A model generated the notes under the pieces. It saw only the letters and a program-made list of their open reading frames with translations, was not told where the DNA came from and ran no database searches. A stretch of 64,000 nt of DNA from an uncultured Candidatus Binatia bacterium (GTDB lineage: Bacteria > Desulfobacterota > Binatia > HRBIN30). A program made the translations under genes and the position numbers. The stretch spans positions 1,302 to 65,301 of the forward strand of contig CAZGEJ010000026.1 in assembly GCA_964524885.1 (NCBI GenBank). The letters are read 5' to 3'. Below are positions 17,107 through 26,797 of the stretch, piece after piece; the stretch's first letter is position 1; each line of letters begins with the position of its first letter.

Positions 17107-18666
17107 CTATCTCGGCGTCTCTGCGTCGCGGCGTTGGTCCGCATCGGCGCGCCGCTCCCACACTTGGAAACGAGCGCCGTCCCGATGCACGCGATAGTCG
17201 CGGCGCACCAGCGGCCACCAGCTCTTGGCCCGCGCCGTGAGATAGCGGCGATCGACGAAGATGAACCGCGCCTCACGCCGGATCGTTTGCCATGCTTCGT
17301 CACGCTCGGCCGGGGTGACGGATTCGTCCTCGAAGCGAATCAAGCGCGTCGGGTTGCGGCGTTGCGTCAGGTGCAACAGCCCAGCCGGCCAGCCGAAGAC
17401 CACCGTCGGACCGCCATCATCCGGCAAACTCCGCAGCTCTCGCTCCAATCGTCCGACCGTGCCGGCCCACTGCGGCTCGACGTAAATCGTGCCGCCATGT
17501 GGCAACTGGAACGGTACCGAACGAGTGAAGCGCAGCGCCGCCGTGCCCGTGTACTCCGCCGGCAAGCCGATGTCCCAACCGCGCCACAACCCCAGGGCCA
17601 GGGCCAACGGCGCCAGTACCCCGAACGCCGCCAGCACCCCGCCAAAGCGCGGCATCCGCCGCACGAACTCGGCAACCGCGGCGAACCACAACAAGAAGAT
17701 CACCGGACCGCCCTGCAGAAAGCGCGCGACCATCGAAATGCGCACCACCTGGTTCGCCGCCAGCAAGCTGAACACCGCCACCATCGCCAACACGCCGGCC
17801 CGCCGATCCCATGGCTCGCGCCAACCCTTCGCCACGAGATAGACCGGCCATCCCCCCGCGCTCGCGAAGGCGACCGACGGCAGCGCCAACGCCGGCCAAC
17901 CACCCGAAGCCGCGGCGACCCGCATCAGGTCGAGACGCCCATGCCCCTCCTGCATCGCCCGCAAGAACAACTGCTCGATCCACAGCCGAGGCTCGATGTC
18001 TCCGACCAAGTACCAACCCACGACGAACGCACCGGCCAACCCGCCGACGGCAACACACACCATGCGCTGCAACGCCTCGCCCCAAGCGCCGCGCCGGCTA
18101 CCGACTTCGTGCAACAGCGGCAGGAGTCCGGCGGCGCCCCAGGCGAACAACGCGACGTCGTGACGGAACCAAAAGCCGACACCGGCCAACACGCCGGACC
18201 ATACGAAACCCGCCATCTGCGCGCGCGCCAACGCTCGCGCCGCGGCCGACAACACCGCCAACGGCACGAGGGCATAAAAGGTCTTGTGCCACGGGCCCGG
18301 CATCAGCACGACGGCGATCGCCGCAGCAGCAGCCCAAGGCCACGGCATCAGGCGCCGCCCGAGCGCCAGGGTCAGCCCGACGACCACACCCCGCAGAAGG
18401 GCCCACATCCAGCGCACCGCACGCGCATCGCCCGCCGCTGCATCGAGGGTCGCCTGGGCCAAATGAAACTGGCCCGGCGGGTAGATCGAGACGAAATCAC
18501 GGTGGGCCACTTGCCCGGAACCGACCCGCGCCGCGCACTCCAGCAGCCACGCCTCGTCCTGGGTCAGATTGCCGTACGCCGCGTAGGCAAGGTGAAGGCC
18601 AGCCGCGGCAACGATGGCAGCCACGGTCACGACGGCGGCGAAGCGTGGTTCCTTTCCCGACGACAT
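17107..18666 (-). CDS. Polytopic membrane glycosyltransferase, GT-C fold (ArnT/PMT/GT39/GT83-like).
   Basis: 519 aa with many hydrophobic helices, Trp/Arg-rich loops and a C-terminal soluble domain. This is the typical dolichyl/undecaprenyl-phosphate-sugar transferase architecture. The 670-aa plus-strand ORF across the same region is Arg-rich shadow. Confidence 0.65.
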   Translation of the reverse strand: MSSGKEPRFAAVVTVAAIVAAAGLHLAYAAYGNLTQDEAWLLECAARVGSGQVAHRDFVSIYPPGQFHLAQATLDAAAGDARAVRWMWALLRGVVVGLTLALGRRLMPWPWAAAAAIAVVLMPGPWHKTFYALVPLAVLSAAARALARAQMAGFVWSGVLAGVGFWFRHDVALFAWGAAGLLPLLHEVGSRRGAWGEALQRMVCVAVGGLAGAFVVGWYLVGDIEPRLWIEQLFLRAMQEGHGRLDLMRVAAASGGWPALALPSVAFASAGGWPVYLVAKGWREPWDRRAGVLAMVAVFSLLAANQVVRISMVARFLQGGPVIFLLWFAAVAEFVRRMPRFGGVLAAFGVLAPLALALGLWRGWDIGLPAEYTGTAALRFTRSVPFQLPHGGTIYVEPQWAGTVGRLERELRSLPDDGGPTVVFGWPAGLLHLTQRRNPTRLIRFEDESVTPAERDEAWQTIRREARFIFVDRRYLTARAKSWWPLVRRDYRVHRDGARFQVWERRADADQRRDAETPR

Positions 18667-18695
18667 AGTGCTAGCTCGTTCGCCTTTCGCATCGC

Positions 18696-19619
18696 ATGGA
18701 CACCCCCCGGCTGCAAATTTCCGTCGGCGTCTTCGCCAGTAATGAGCAGGATTCGATCGTCGATTGCTTACGTTCGATCCAGCGCGCCCGCTTCGAGCGC
18801 ATCGAACTCGCCGAGCTGTTCGTCATTTCGTCAGGCTCGACCGACGCGACGAACCAGCGTGCGGCGGCGGCGATCGCCGGCATCCCCGGATGGCACCTGC
18901 TGACGCAACCGACACGCGAAGGCAAAGCGAGCGCCGTCAACCTCTTCCTACGGCAATCGCGGCATGCCGTATGTGTCTTGGCCAACGCCGACACGCTGCT
19001 GCACGAGGACGCCCTCGAATCCCTTTGTCGTCCATTGCTCGACGACGAGGTCGGCATGGTCGGCGGACATCCAATTCCGATCCCGTCGCGTCGCGGCCAT
19101 CTCGACTTCGCCATCCAAGTCTTCTGGGAATTGCATCACGAACTGTGCCTGCGCGCGCCGAAGATGGGCGAACTCGTTGCCTTCCGCCGCGTCTTCGCGC
19201 AGCTGCCGCTCGACGAAGCCGGCGCCGACGAGGACTGGATCCACAGCGAGGTGGAGAAACGCGGTCTGCACGCGGTGTACGCGCCCGACGCGATCCTCTT
19301 CAATCGCGGCCCTGGGCGGCTGTACGATTTCTTGACGCACCGGCGGCGGATGGCGCTGCAACACTTGGTGCTGGCGCGCCGCCGCGGCTTTCAGCCGGCG
19401 AGTCGCGACAGCGCGCCTATGCGTCGAGCGATCGCGGCCTATCTCGCGGCCAACCCGCGACGACTGCCGCAGGTCGTCGCCGCCGCCTGCCTCGAAGCCG
19501 CGGCAAGGGTGTGGGCGCACGCGGAATTCGCCCTGCTCGGCACGACCCAAACCAATTGGCGCCGCCTGGCCTCGAGCAAGGGATTGACCCAAGCCGACGT
19601 CGACCGCGAGCGCTCGTAA
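18696..19619 (+). CDS. Family 2 glycosyltransferase (GT-A).
   Basis: ISVGVFASNEQDSIVDCLRSI ... SSGSTDAT ... DAD/DxD-like region. Divergent from the GT-C gene with only ~29 bp between the starts. Confidence 0.75.
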   Translation: MDTPRLQISVGVFASNEQDSIVDCLRSIQRARFERIELAELFVISSGSTDATNQRAAAAIAGIPGWHLLTQPTREGKASAVNLFLRQSRHAVCVLANADTLLHEDALESLCRPLLDDEVGMVGGHPIPIPSRRGHLDFAIQVFWELHHELCLRAPKMGELVAFRRVFAQLPLDEAGADEDWIHSEVEKRGLHAVYAPDAILFNRGPGRLYDFLTHRRRMALQHLVLARRRGFQPASRDSAPMRRAIAAYLAANPRRLPQVVAAACLEAAARVWAHAEFALLGTTQTNWRRLASSKGLTQADVDRERS

Positions 19620-19679
19620 CCACGCCCCGACACCCTCCGGCGCTTGCCCCTCACCGGCGCCCGGGGGGATGATTGGAGC

Positions 19680-20966
19680 ATGACTCACGCGCTCGACTGG
19701 CCTTTTCGTATCGCCTGCGACTCCCTCGTGGCCCTCGGCAACAGCACTCATGACGGCAACACCCTATTCGCCAAGAACAGCGACCGCCCGGCGATGGAGG
19801 CGCAGCCGCTGACCCTCGTGCCGGCGGCACGGCATGCGCCTGGGGCCAGCGTCCGCTGCACCTACATCGAGATCCCACAGGTGGCGGCGACGGCACGTGT
19901 CCTCGGCTCGCGACCCTACTGGTGCTGGGGTTTCGAACACGGCCTCAACGAGCACGGCGTCGTCATCGGCAACCATACCATCTTCACCAAGGATCAGCCG
20001 GGCGGCGTAGGCCTCATCGGCATGGACCTGCTGCGCCTCGCCCTGGAACGCGCTGCCAGCGCCGAGGCAGCCGTCGAGGTCATCTGCGGACTCGTCGAGA
20101 CGTACGGCCAAGGAGGCTCCGGCTTCGCCGACAAGGACTGGGCCTACAACAACTCCTTTCTCATCGCCGACCGCACGCATGCCTTCGTGCTCGAGACGAG
20201 CGACCGCCATTGGGTGCGCCACCGCGTGCGCGATGTCGCCAGCTTGTCGAACCACGCCAGCGTCGGCACCGACTGGGACCGCACCTCGACCGGCCTGCTC
20301 GGACACGCCGTCGAGCAAGGGTGGTGGCCGGCGCAGGCGACACAGCGCTTCGACTTCGCCGCCGCCTACCGCGACACATCGCTGGTACCGGAAGCCATCT
20401 CCAGCGGCAGGTATGAACGCACGTGTGGGCTGCTCGGCAGCAACCGCGGCCACCTCGACGTGGCGACGTTGCGCGGCGCCCTGCGCGATCACTATGGAGA
20501 CCTGCTGCCGAGCCGCGACATCAGCGCCCTGCGGCCGATCGACGTCAGCGTCTGCATGCACGCCGAGCCCATCGGCACGACGACGGCGAGCGTGGTGGCG
20601 GCGTTGCCGCAAGACGACGAGGCGCCGCTGATCTACCGCGCCAGCATGGGTTCGCCCTGCAGCAGCCTGTTCGTCCCCCTGCTCCTCGACGCGGACTTGC
20701 CCGCCGTGTTCACGCGCGGCGGCGCCGAACCGAGCGCCGATTCCTTCTGGTGGCAGTGCAAACGCCTCGCGCAATGGGTGGAAGCCGACTGGGAAGCGCG
20801 CGCCGTCGACGCCCGCGACCTCCTCGACGCCGAGGAGCACCGCCTCGAACAAGAACTCGCCACGATGATCGAGTGCGGCGAAACCGACCGCGCCGGCGCC
20901 TGGGCCGCCGAAGCAGCACAACGGCTGATGGCGACGATGGAGGGGATACGAGAACGGAATCGGTAG
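19680..20966 (+). CDS. Peptidase family C69-like dipeptidase (Ntn-hydrolase); N-terminal region MTHALDWPFRIACDSL.
   Basis: RIACDSLVALGNSTHDGNTLFAKNSDRP resembles the C69/PepD N-terminal nucleophile region. The track ORF starts at TTG 19644; the ATG at 19680 is preferred. Confidence 0.65.
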   Translation: MTHALDWPFRIACDSLVALGNSTHDGNTLFAKNSDRPAMEAQPLTLVPAARHAPGASVRCTYIEIPQVAATARVLGSRPYWCWGFEHGLNEHGVVIGNHTIFTKDQPGGVGLIGMDLLRLALERAASAEAAVEVICGLVETYGQGGSGFADKDWAYNNSFLIADRTHAFVLETSDRHWVRHRVRDVASLSNHASVGTDWDRTSTGLLGHAVEQGWWPAQATQRFDFAAAYRDTSLVPEAISSGRYERTCGLLGSNRGHLDVATLRGALRDHYGDLLPSRDISALRPIDVSVCMHAEPIGTTTASVVAALPQDDEAPLIYRASMGSPCSSLFVPLLLDADLPAVFTRGGAEPSADSFWWQCKRLAQWVEADWEARAVDARDLLDAEEHRLEQELATMIECGETDRAGAWAAEAAQRLMATMEGIRERNR

Positions 20967-20990
20967 GGCCAAGGTTCAAGGGCCAAGGGC
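20942..20990. repeat. Direct-repeat copy A, GGGGATACGAGAACGGAATCGGTAGGGCCAAGGTTCAAGGGCCAAGGGCC; it overlaps the last codons of the C69 peptidase gene.
   Basis: 45/49 identical to copy B at 23880-23930 by eye alignment. Contains the GGGCCAA heptamer units. Confidence 0.8.
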
Positions 20991-21203
20991 CGCAAGCTCG
21001 CCGCCAGCGTGTGAGACGGAGCGGCGCTAGAAGCAGCACCCAGCCTGGGCTGCAGTCTCAGCCGTCGTTCGACGAAGTCGTCGCCTTATCGCTGTCTCGA
21101 ACGAATTTCCGATTGACAGCGGCCGCACCCGTCGTGGTAAGCGGGGTCAGCAGAACGGGGTGGGGGCCCCGCGCAGCATCCATCGTCGCACAGGAGGGGT
21201 ACG

Positions 21204-22493
21204 ATGCGATTCGCAACCATCGTGATCACACTTGGGCTGCACGTCGGCATCGCGGTCGCCGCGTCTACGCCGGAGCAGAAATGCGAGTCCGGCAAGCTCG
21301 ACACCGCTGGCAAGCTGTCGGCCTGCTTGGCTAAGGCGGAAAGCAAGATGATCAAGGGCGACGCCGCCGGCTACGGCGAAGCGATCGTCAAATGCACCGA
21401 CAAGTTCAGCGGTCAGTGGGCGAAGCTCGAGCAAGCCGCCATCGACGCGATGGCCAGCTGCCCGAGCACGATGGACGTCGCCGCCGTCGAGTCGTTCCTC
21501 ACCGCCTGCCACACCGCGCTGATCTCCAGTTTTGCCGGCGGCACGCTGGTCGACGATCCGATCAGTTGCGACGGCGACTACACCACTTGCGACACCGACC
21601 TCAACGACTGCACCACGGATGTCGATCTGTGCACCGCAGGCACCGCGGTCGCCGCCGACGTCGTCGCCGGAGCGACCTTCTCCAGCAGTGCCGGCATCGG
21701 ACTGACCGGCACGGCGGCGCTGCGCGACGACGTCATCGGCACGGAGGGCGCGCTCAGCTTCGCCCTGCCCGACGGCTACTACGAGGGAAAATCCTGCACT
21801 GCCGGCGACACCGACCTGCTGGCGGCCAACCTCAAATCGGGCGTCGAGATCTTCGACGTCTTCGGCAGCGCGCCGGATTACCAACCATTGAAATCGGCGC
21901 AGACGCTCTGCCACGACAGCAGCGGCTCAGCGGTCGCCTGCGGCGGCACCGGCCAAGACGGCGAACTGCAACGCGGCGCCGCCCGCCTCTACGTCACCAA
22001 TCCCGACGGCACAGTGAGCGATGTGCGCACCGGCCTGGTGTGGGAGAAGCTCAGCAACGACGGCGGCCTGCACGACAAAGACACGACCTTTACTTGGGCC
22101 AACGCCTTCAAGAAGGTGATGGTGCTCAACGGCGATGCCGCCGGCTGCATCGGCGCCGGCCACCCCGACGCCTGCTGCACCGGCGCCGGCACCGGCAGTT
22201 GCAGCTCGTTCGCAGGCGCCAGCGACTGGCGTCTTCCCAATCTCCAAGAGCTGCGCAGTCTGCTGGCCTACAGCTCGATCAATCCGGCGATCGACGCCGC
22301 CTTCAACTCCGGTTGCGTCGCCTCGTGTGCGGTGACCGCCTGCAGTTGCATCGTTCCGGGCCACCATTGGTCGTCGACCACCTACAGCGCCACGCCGGCG
22401 TCGGCCTGGTTCGTCGAGTTCAACCTGGGCGAGGCCAACCGCACCGCCAAGTCGGCCGCCTATCACGTGCGCGCCGTGCGCGGTGGCATCTGA
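21204..22493 (+). CDS. Secreted Cys-rich protein with a C-terminal DUF1566 (Lcl C-terminal) domain.
   Basis: Signal peptide MRFATIVITLGLHVGIAVAAS. C-terminal DWRLPNLQELRSL...WSSTTY...AWFVEFNLG...YHVRAVRGG. Shine-Dalgarno AGGAGG before the ATG. Confidence 0.8.
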   Translation: MRFATIVITLGLHVGIAVAASTPEQKCESGKLDTAGKLSACLAKAESKMIKGDAAGYGEAIVKCTDKFSGQWAKLEQAAIDAMASCPSTMDVAAVESFLTACHTALISSFAGGTLVDDPISCDGDYTTCDTDLNDCTTDVDLCTAGTAVAADVVAGATFSSSAGIGLTGTAALRDDVIGTEGALSFALPDGYYEGKSCTAGDTDLLAANLKSGVEIFDVFGSAPDYQPLKSAQTLCHDSSGSAVACGGTGQDGELQRGAARLYVTNPDGTVSDVRTGLVWEKLSNDGGLHDKDTTFTWANAFKKVMVLNGDAAGCIGAGHPDACCTGAGTGSCSSFAGASDWRLPNLQELRSLLAYSSINPAIDAAFNSGCVASCAVTACSCIVPGHHWSSTTYSATPASAWFVEFNLGEANRTAKSAAYHVRAVRGGI

Positions 22494-22516
22494 GCGTTCT
22501 CAGCATGGAGGGAGAC

Positions 22517-23815
22517 ATGATGAGAAAGTCGATCACACAGGTACTCGCACTGCTCGCCACCGCCAGCGTCGCCCTGGCGGTCACGCCGGAAGAAAAATGC
22601 GAGATCGGCAAACACGCCACCGCCGGCAAGCTCGCCGCCTGCCTAGCCAAAGCCGAAAAGAAGTTCGTCATCAGCGGCGATGCCGGCGCCTACGGCGAGG
22701 CACAACTCAAGTGCGCTGCAAAGTTCGAAACCAAGTGGCAGAAGCTCGAAGCCGCTGCCACCGCCGCGATGACCAGTTGTCCGAGCACCATGGATCAAAC
22801 CGCGGTCGCCGAGTTTCGTAACGCCTGCCACCAGGCAGTGGCCACCGCCCTCAGCGGTGGCACGCTGATCGCCGATCCAATCGCCTGCGCCGCCAGTTTG
22901 ACGAGCTGCACCACCGACCGCGATAGCTGCGCCAGCGACCTTGCCAGCTGCAACGGCGGTTCGGCGACAGCGGCCGACGTGTTGGCGGGCAAGACCTTCG
23001 CCAGTGCCGACGGATTGTCGATCACCGGCACCGTACCCGCTGGCGGCGCCGTCGTCGGCGCCGACGGCGAACTCGCCCCGGAGATTCCCGACGGCATCTA
23101 CAGCGGCAAAACCTGCACCGTCGCCGACTCCGATCTCGACGCCGCCAACGTCGTCGCCGGTGTCGATCTGTTCGGCGTCGCCGGCCAACACGCCATCGCC
23201 AAATTGCTGAGGTCCGGGCAGGCCGCCTGCCACGACAGCGCCGGCGGCAGCATCGCCTGCAGCGGCACCGGACAGGACGGCGAGGTGCAGGCCGGCGGCA
23301 CGCGCGCCTACACCGTCTCTGGCGACGGTACGCTCAGCGACGATCGCACCGGGCTGGTATGGGAGAAGCTCGGCGACAACGGCGGCATTCACGACAAAGA
23401 CTCCGTTTACTCGTGGCTGAACGCGTTCAACAAGATCCGCGTGCTCAACGGCGATGTTGCAGGCTGCCTTGCCACAGGCAATCCCTCGGCGTGCTGCACC
23501 GGCGCCGGCACCGGCAGCTGCACGCCTTTCGCCGGTTTCACCGATTGGCGGCTGCCCAACGTCGAGGAACTCGCCAGCCTGGTGCACTACGGCGCGGCCA
23601 ACCCGGCGATCGACGCCAGTTTCTCCGCTCCCTGCAGCGGCGGTTGCGCCAACACGAGCTGCAGCTGCGTCGCCACCGGCTCGGCCTATTGGACATCGAC
23701 GACCTTCCGCAACTCGCCGGCCTCGGCATGGTACGTGTCGTTCTTCGACGGCCAGATCTTCGGCTTCATCAAGGTGAATGGCCTGCACGTCCGCGCGGTA
23801 CGCGGCGGCGCGTAG
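22517..23815 (+). CDS. Secreted Cys-rich DUF1566 protein, paralogue of the preceding gene.
   Basis: MMRKSITQVLALLATASVALA signal peptide. The same CESGK...ACLAKAE N-terminal module and a DWRLPNVEELASL...YWTSTT...LHVRAVRGGA C-terminus. It sits in-frame inside the track ORF 21392..23815. Confidence 0.8.
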   Translation: MMRKSITQVLALLATASVALAVTPEEKCEIGKHATAGKLAACLAKAEKKFVISGDAGAYGEAQLKCAAKFETKWQKLEAAATAAMTSCPSTMDQTAVAEFRNACHQAVATALSGGTLIADPIACAASLTSCTTDRDSCASDLASCNGGSATAADVLAGKTFASADGLSITGTVPAGGAVVGADGELAPEIPDGIYSGKTCTVADSDLDAANVVAGVDLFGVAGQHAIAKLLRSGQAACHDSAGGSIACSGTGQDGEVQAGGTRAYTVSGDGTLSDDRTGLVWEKLGDNGGIHDKDSVYSWLNAFNKIRVLNGDVAGCLATGNPSACCTGAGTGSCTPFAGFTDWRLPNVEELASLVHYGAANPAIDASFSAPCSGGCANTSCSCVATGSAYWTSTTFRNSPASAWYVSFFDGQIFGFIKVNGLHVRAVRGGA

Positions 23816-23879
23816 ACCACGCCAGCCGCAAGGGCGCCGCACACCAGGTTGGGAGTGGTGTCTCCCGGGCAAGTAGGGA

Positions 23880-24002
23880 GGGGATACGAGAAGGGAACAG
23901 GTAGGGCCAAGGTTCAGGGGCCAAGGGCCAAGCACTCCATGACGTCACGCCTTGCGGTCGGCACGCGGTTCTGACCCCCAAACTGCCTTGGCCCTTGGCC
24001 CC
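23880..24002. repeat. Direct-repeat copy B (23880-23930) plus a downstream inverted partner CTTGGCCCTTGGCCCC (23987-24002) forming a long hairpin; 3' of the DUF1566 pair.
   Basis: GGGGCCAAGGGCCAAG at 23917-23932 is reverse-complementary to 23987-24002. Read directly from the sequence. Confidence 0.75.
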
Positions 24003-24011
24003 GTGACCGTC

Positions 24012-24039
24012 TTGATTCTTCGAGTAATTACTCTAAGAG
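24012..24039 (+). promoter_or_regulatory. Candidate promoter with an embedded 12-bp palindrome GAGTAATTACTC for the merR/men operon.
   Basis: TTGATT, then 16 nt containing GAGTAATTACTC, then TAAGAG. The merR ATG is 9 nt further on, implying a near-leaderless transcript. An operator palindrome inside the spacer is the MerR style. Confidence 0.35.
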
Positions 24040-24048
24040 TCAAAACGC

Positions 24049-24801
24049 ATGGAATACACGGTCCTCGAACTGGGACGGGCCACCGGCGCCAGCGTCGACA
24101 CCATCCGCTACTACCAGACCCTCGGCCTGCTGCCGGCACCGCGCCACGTCGGCCGTAACGCCGTCTACGACGACGCCCACGTCGAACGCCTCGAACGCAT
24201 CCAAGCCCTCTCCCAACGCGGCTTCTCCCTGAAGGCCATCCAAGCTGTCCTCGAAGCCGGCGACGGCCCCAGCTCCGATCGCGCCCTGCTCGCCGCCATC
24301 GCCGACAGCTCCGCCGAACCGCACTTCTCCAGCGCCGAACTCGCCGAGCAGCTCGACCTGCCGCGCTCCCTCGTCGCCATGATCGAGAAGTCCGGCCTCG
24401 TCGACGACACCCTCGCCGAGGAGCCCGACAAGAAATTCTCCAAGAGCGACGTCGACGTCGCCCGCGGCGCCCTGCGGCTGCTGCGCTACGGCTTCCCCAT
24501 CACCCGGCTCCTCGGCCTGGCGGTGAAACACGATCGCGCCGTGCGCCGCGTCGTCGACGAGGCCATCGACCTCTTCGACGAACACGTGCGCAAGGCCGCC
24601 GGTGGCGATGAAGACCCCGAAGCCGTGGCCGAAGCCTTCCGCGAATTGCTTCCCGTCGTCACCGCGCTGGTCGGCCACCACTTCCAGCGCGTGCTCGTCC
24701 ATCGCGCCATCAAACGTCTGAAAAAGAGCGGCAGCAAAGGCGCGCTCGAAACCGCCGTGCGCGAAAGCAAGCGCACGCGCATCGGATTCCGCTGGAAATG
24801 A
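24049..24801 (+). CDS. MerR-family transcriptional regulator.
   Basis: N-terminal HTH: YTVLELGRATGASVDTIRYYQTLGLLPAP (MerR signature). It overlaps the ubiE start by 4 nt. Confidence 0.85.
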   Translation: MEYTVLELGRATGASVDTIRYYQTLGLLPAPRHVGRNAVYDDAHVERLERIQALSQRGFSLKAIQAVLEAGDGPSSDRALLAAIADSSAEPHFSSAELAEQLDLPRSLVAMIEKSGLVDDTLAEEPDKKFSKSDVDVARGALRLLRYGFPITRLLGLAVKHDRAVRRVVDEAIDLFDEHVRKAAGGDEDPEAVAEAFRELLPVVTALVGHHFQRVLVHRAIKRLKKSGSKGALETAVRESKRTRIGFRWK

Positions 24802-25532
24802 GCCTCCCCGCACCCCAGGAAAAGCGCCAGTTCGTCGAGCAGATGTTCGACGAGATCGCGCCGCGCTACGATCTCATCAACCGCATCATGACGTTCGGCA
24901 TCGACCGCGCCTGGCGTCGACGTGCCGTGCGCGCCCTGCACGTCGGACCCGGCAGCCGCGTCGTCGACCTCGGTTGCGGCACCGGTGACCTGATCGCCGA
25001 CGTCGAACGCACCGGTGCTGCCGTCGTCGGCATCGACCTCTCGGCCGAGATGATGGCCTACGGGCAAAAGCGCCTCGCCGGCCGCGCCTTCGTGCGCGGC
25101 GACGCGCAATGTCTGCCGTTCGCCGACGCCACCTTCGACGGCGTCGTCTCCGGCTTCGCCTTGCGCAACTTCACCGCCATCCCGACCGCCATGGCCGAGG
25201 CGGCGCGCGTCCTCAAGCCCGGTGGGCGCTTCGCCTTGCTCGAGGTCAATGTCCCGCAAGCGACGCTGTTGCGCACGCTGTTCTCGTTCTACTTCACCCG
25301 CGTCGTGCCGCTGATCGGCGGCCTGCTGTCGCGCGGCTTCGCCTACAGTTATCTCGCCGCCTCCCTGGAGTATCTGCCCGATTTCCCGCGCTATCGCGCC
25401 ATCCTCAGCGAGGCCGGCTTCGTCGACGTCGAGCAGCACATCCTCTTCGCCGGAGCGGCACAGCTGGTGACCGCCGTGCGTGATCCAGGAGCACGCCGCG
25501 CCGCCGACATTCCTCTCGCCGCGGCCTCATGA
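24798..25532 (+). CDS. ubiE: Demethylmenaquinone/ubiquinone C-methyltransferase UbiE/MenG.
   Basis: EQMFDEIAPRYDLINRIMTFG start. SAM motif VVDLGCGTGD. First gene of the men operon. Confidence 0.85.
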   Translation: MSLPAPQEKRQFVEQMFDEIAPRYDLINRIMTFGIDRAWRRRAVRALHVGPGSRVVDLGCGTGDLIADVERTGAAVVGIDLSAEMMAYGQKRLAGRAFVRGDAQCLPFADATFDGVVSGFALRNFTAIPTAMAEAARVLKPGGRFALLEVNVPQATLLRTLFSFYFTRVVPLIGGLLSRGFAYSYLAASLEYLPDFPRYRAILSEAGFVDVEQHILFAGAAQLVTAVRDPGARRAADIPLAAAS

Positions 25533-26797
25533 ACTCGCCACGAACCAACCCGAGCGGTGCCGTCCACCTGCGCCACGAGAGCTTCGCCGACACCGGCGAC
25601 CTGCTCGCCTGCGCCGACGCCGCGGCGCTCGATGACGACGGCAGCGACGCCACTTTCTTCTGGCATGACCCGAGCACCGGCCGCTCCCTGCTCGCGGTCG
25701 GCGCGGTGCAGCACTTCATCGCCGATGGACCGAGCCAGCTCGCAGCGGTCGCGGCCCACGTGCGTGCCGCCCTCGGCGACGCCGACAGCCTAGGTTGCGG
25801 CGGCCTCGCCGCCGTCGGCGGCTTCGCTTTTGCCGACCCGTCGTCGAACCACGGCGGGCCACTGCCGGGTTGTTGGTTCTTCTTGCCACGACGTTTGTGG
25901 CGACAGGAGCACGGTACGACCCATGTCGTCGAGATCGACGCGCCGGCCGCACCTCTCCCACCGCTGCATCCGGCCGAGGTCTGCTCGCGCGAGGATGTCT
26001 GGGAGCCGCGGGTCGCCTCCGCCCTGGATCACATTCGCCGCGGCGACCTCGACAAGGTCGTGCTCTCGCGCCGGCGCCGCCTCCCCCTTCCCCAAGCTTC
26101 GCTGCGCCGCATGCTGCGGAGCTTCCGCGCGGCGCGTCCGGCCTGTGTCACCTTCGCCGTGCGACTCGGCGCGACGGCGTTTTTCGGTTCGACCCCCGAA
26201 TGGATGGTGCGGCTCGATGCGCGCGGCCTGCACGCCCCGGCACTCGCCGGCACCTACCCACGCGGCGACGACGCGTCGGCCGACGACGCCAACGCCGCCG
26301 CCTTGCTCGCCTGCATCAAGAATCGCCGCGAGCACCGCGCCGTCGTCGATGGCATCGTCCGCTCGCTCAAGAGCGTCGGTGTCCAGCCCGAAGTCGACGA
26401 CACGCGCGTCCTCCGCTTGCCCGAAGCGATGCACCTGCGCACCGAGATCACCGGGCGGGTGCCCAACGGCATCGATGCGCTGCGCCTGGCCGCCGCCTTG
26501 CACCCGACGCCCGCCGTGTGCGGCACCCCGCGCAGCACGGCCGCGGCGTTCCTCCGCGAGCATGAGGCCGAACGCGGCTGGTACACCGGCGGTGTCGGTT
26601 GGATGGACGGTCGCGGTCACGGCGAAGTGGTCGTCGGCCTGCGCAGCGCCTTGCGCGACGCCACGGGCCTGACGGTGTTCGCCGGGGCCGGCATCGTCGC
26701 CGGCTCCGACGCCGGTAGCGAACTCGCCGAGACGGAAATCAAGATGAACGCGTTACTGGCGCCGCTACGCACCCTCGAGGCGGAATCGGGCGACTGA
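25529..26797 (+). CDS. menF: Isochorismate synthase MenF.
   Basis: Chorismate-binding C-terminal core: FFGSTPE...GTYPRG...PTPAVCGTP...GWYTGGVGW...RSA. ATGA overlap with ubiE. Confidence 0.8.
   Translation: MNSPRTNPSGAVHLRHESFADTGDLLACADAAALDDDGSDATFFWHDPSTGRSLLAVGAVQHFIADGPSQLAAVAAHVRAALGDADSLGCGGLAAVGGFAFADPSSNHGGPLPGCWFFLPRRLWRQEHGTTHVVEIDAPAAPLPPLHPAEVCSREDVWEPRVASALDHIRRGDLDKVVLSRRRRLPLPQASLRRMLRSFRAARPACVTFAVRLGATAFFGSTPEWMVRLDARGLHAPALAGTYPRGDDASADDANAAALLACIKNRREHRAVVDGIVRSLKSVGVQPEVDDTRVLRLPEAMHLRTEITGRVPNGIDALRLAAALHPTPAVCGTPRSTAAAFLREHEAERGWYTGGVGWMDGRGHGEVVVGLRSALRDATGLTVFAGAGIVAGSDAGSELAETEIKMNALLAPLRTLEAESGD

Noticed and set aside
16891-18903. 670-aa plus-strand ORF, extremely Arg/Pro/His-rich.
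   Set aside because: It is a shadow ORF on the opposite strand of the genuine GT-C membrane glycosyltransferase gene (17107..18666). The composition is low-complexity, typical of antisense frames in high-GC DNA.
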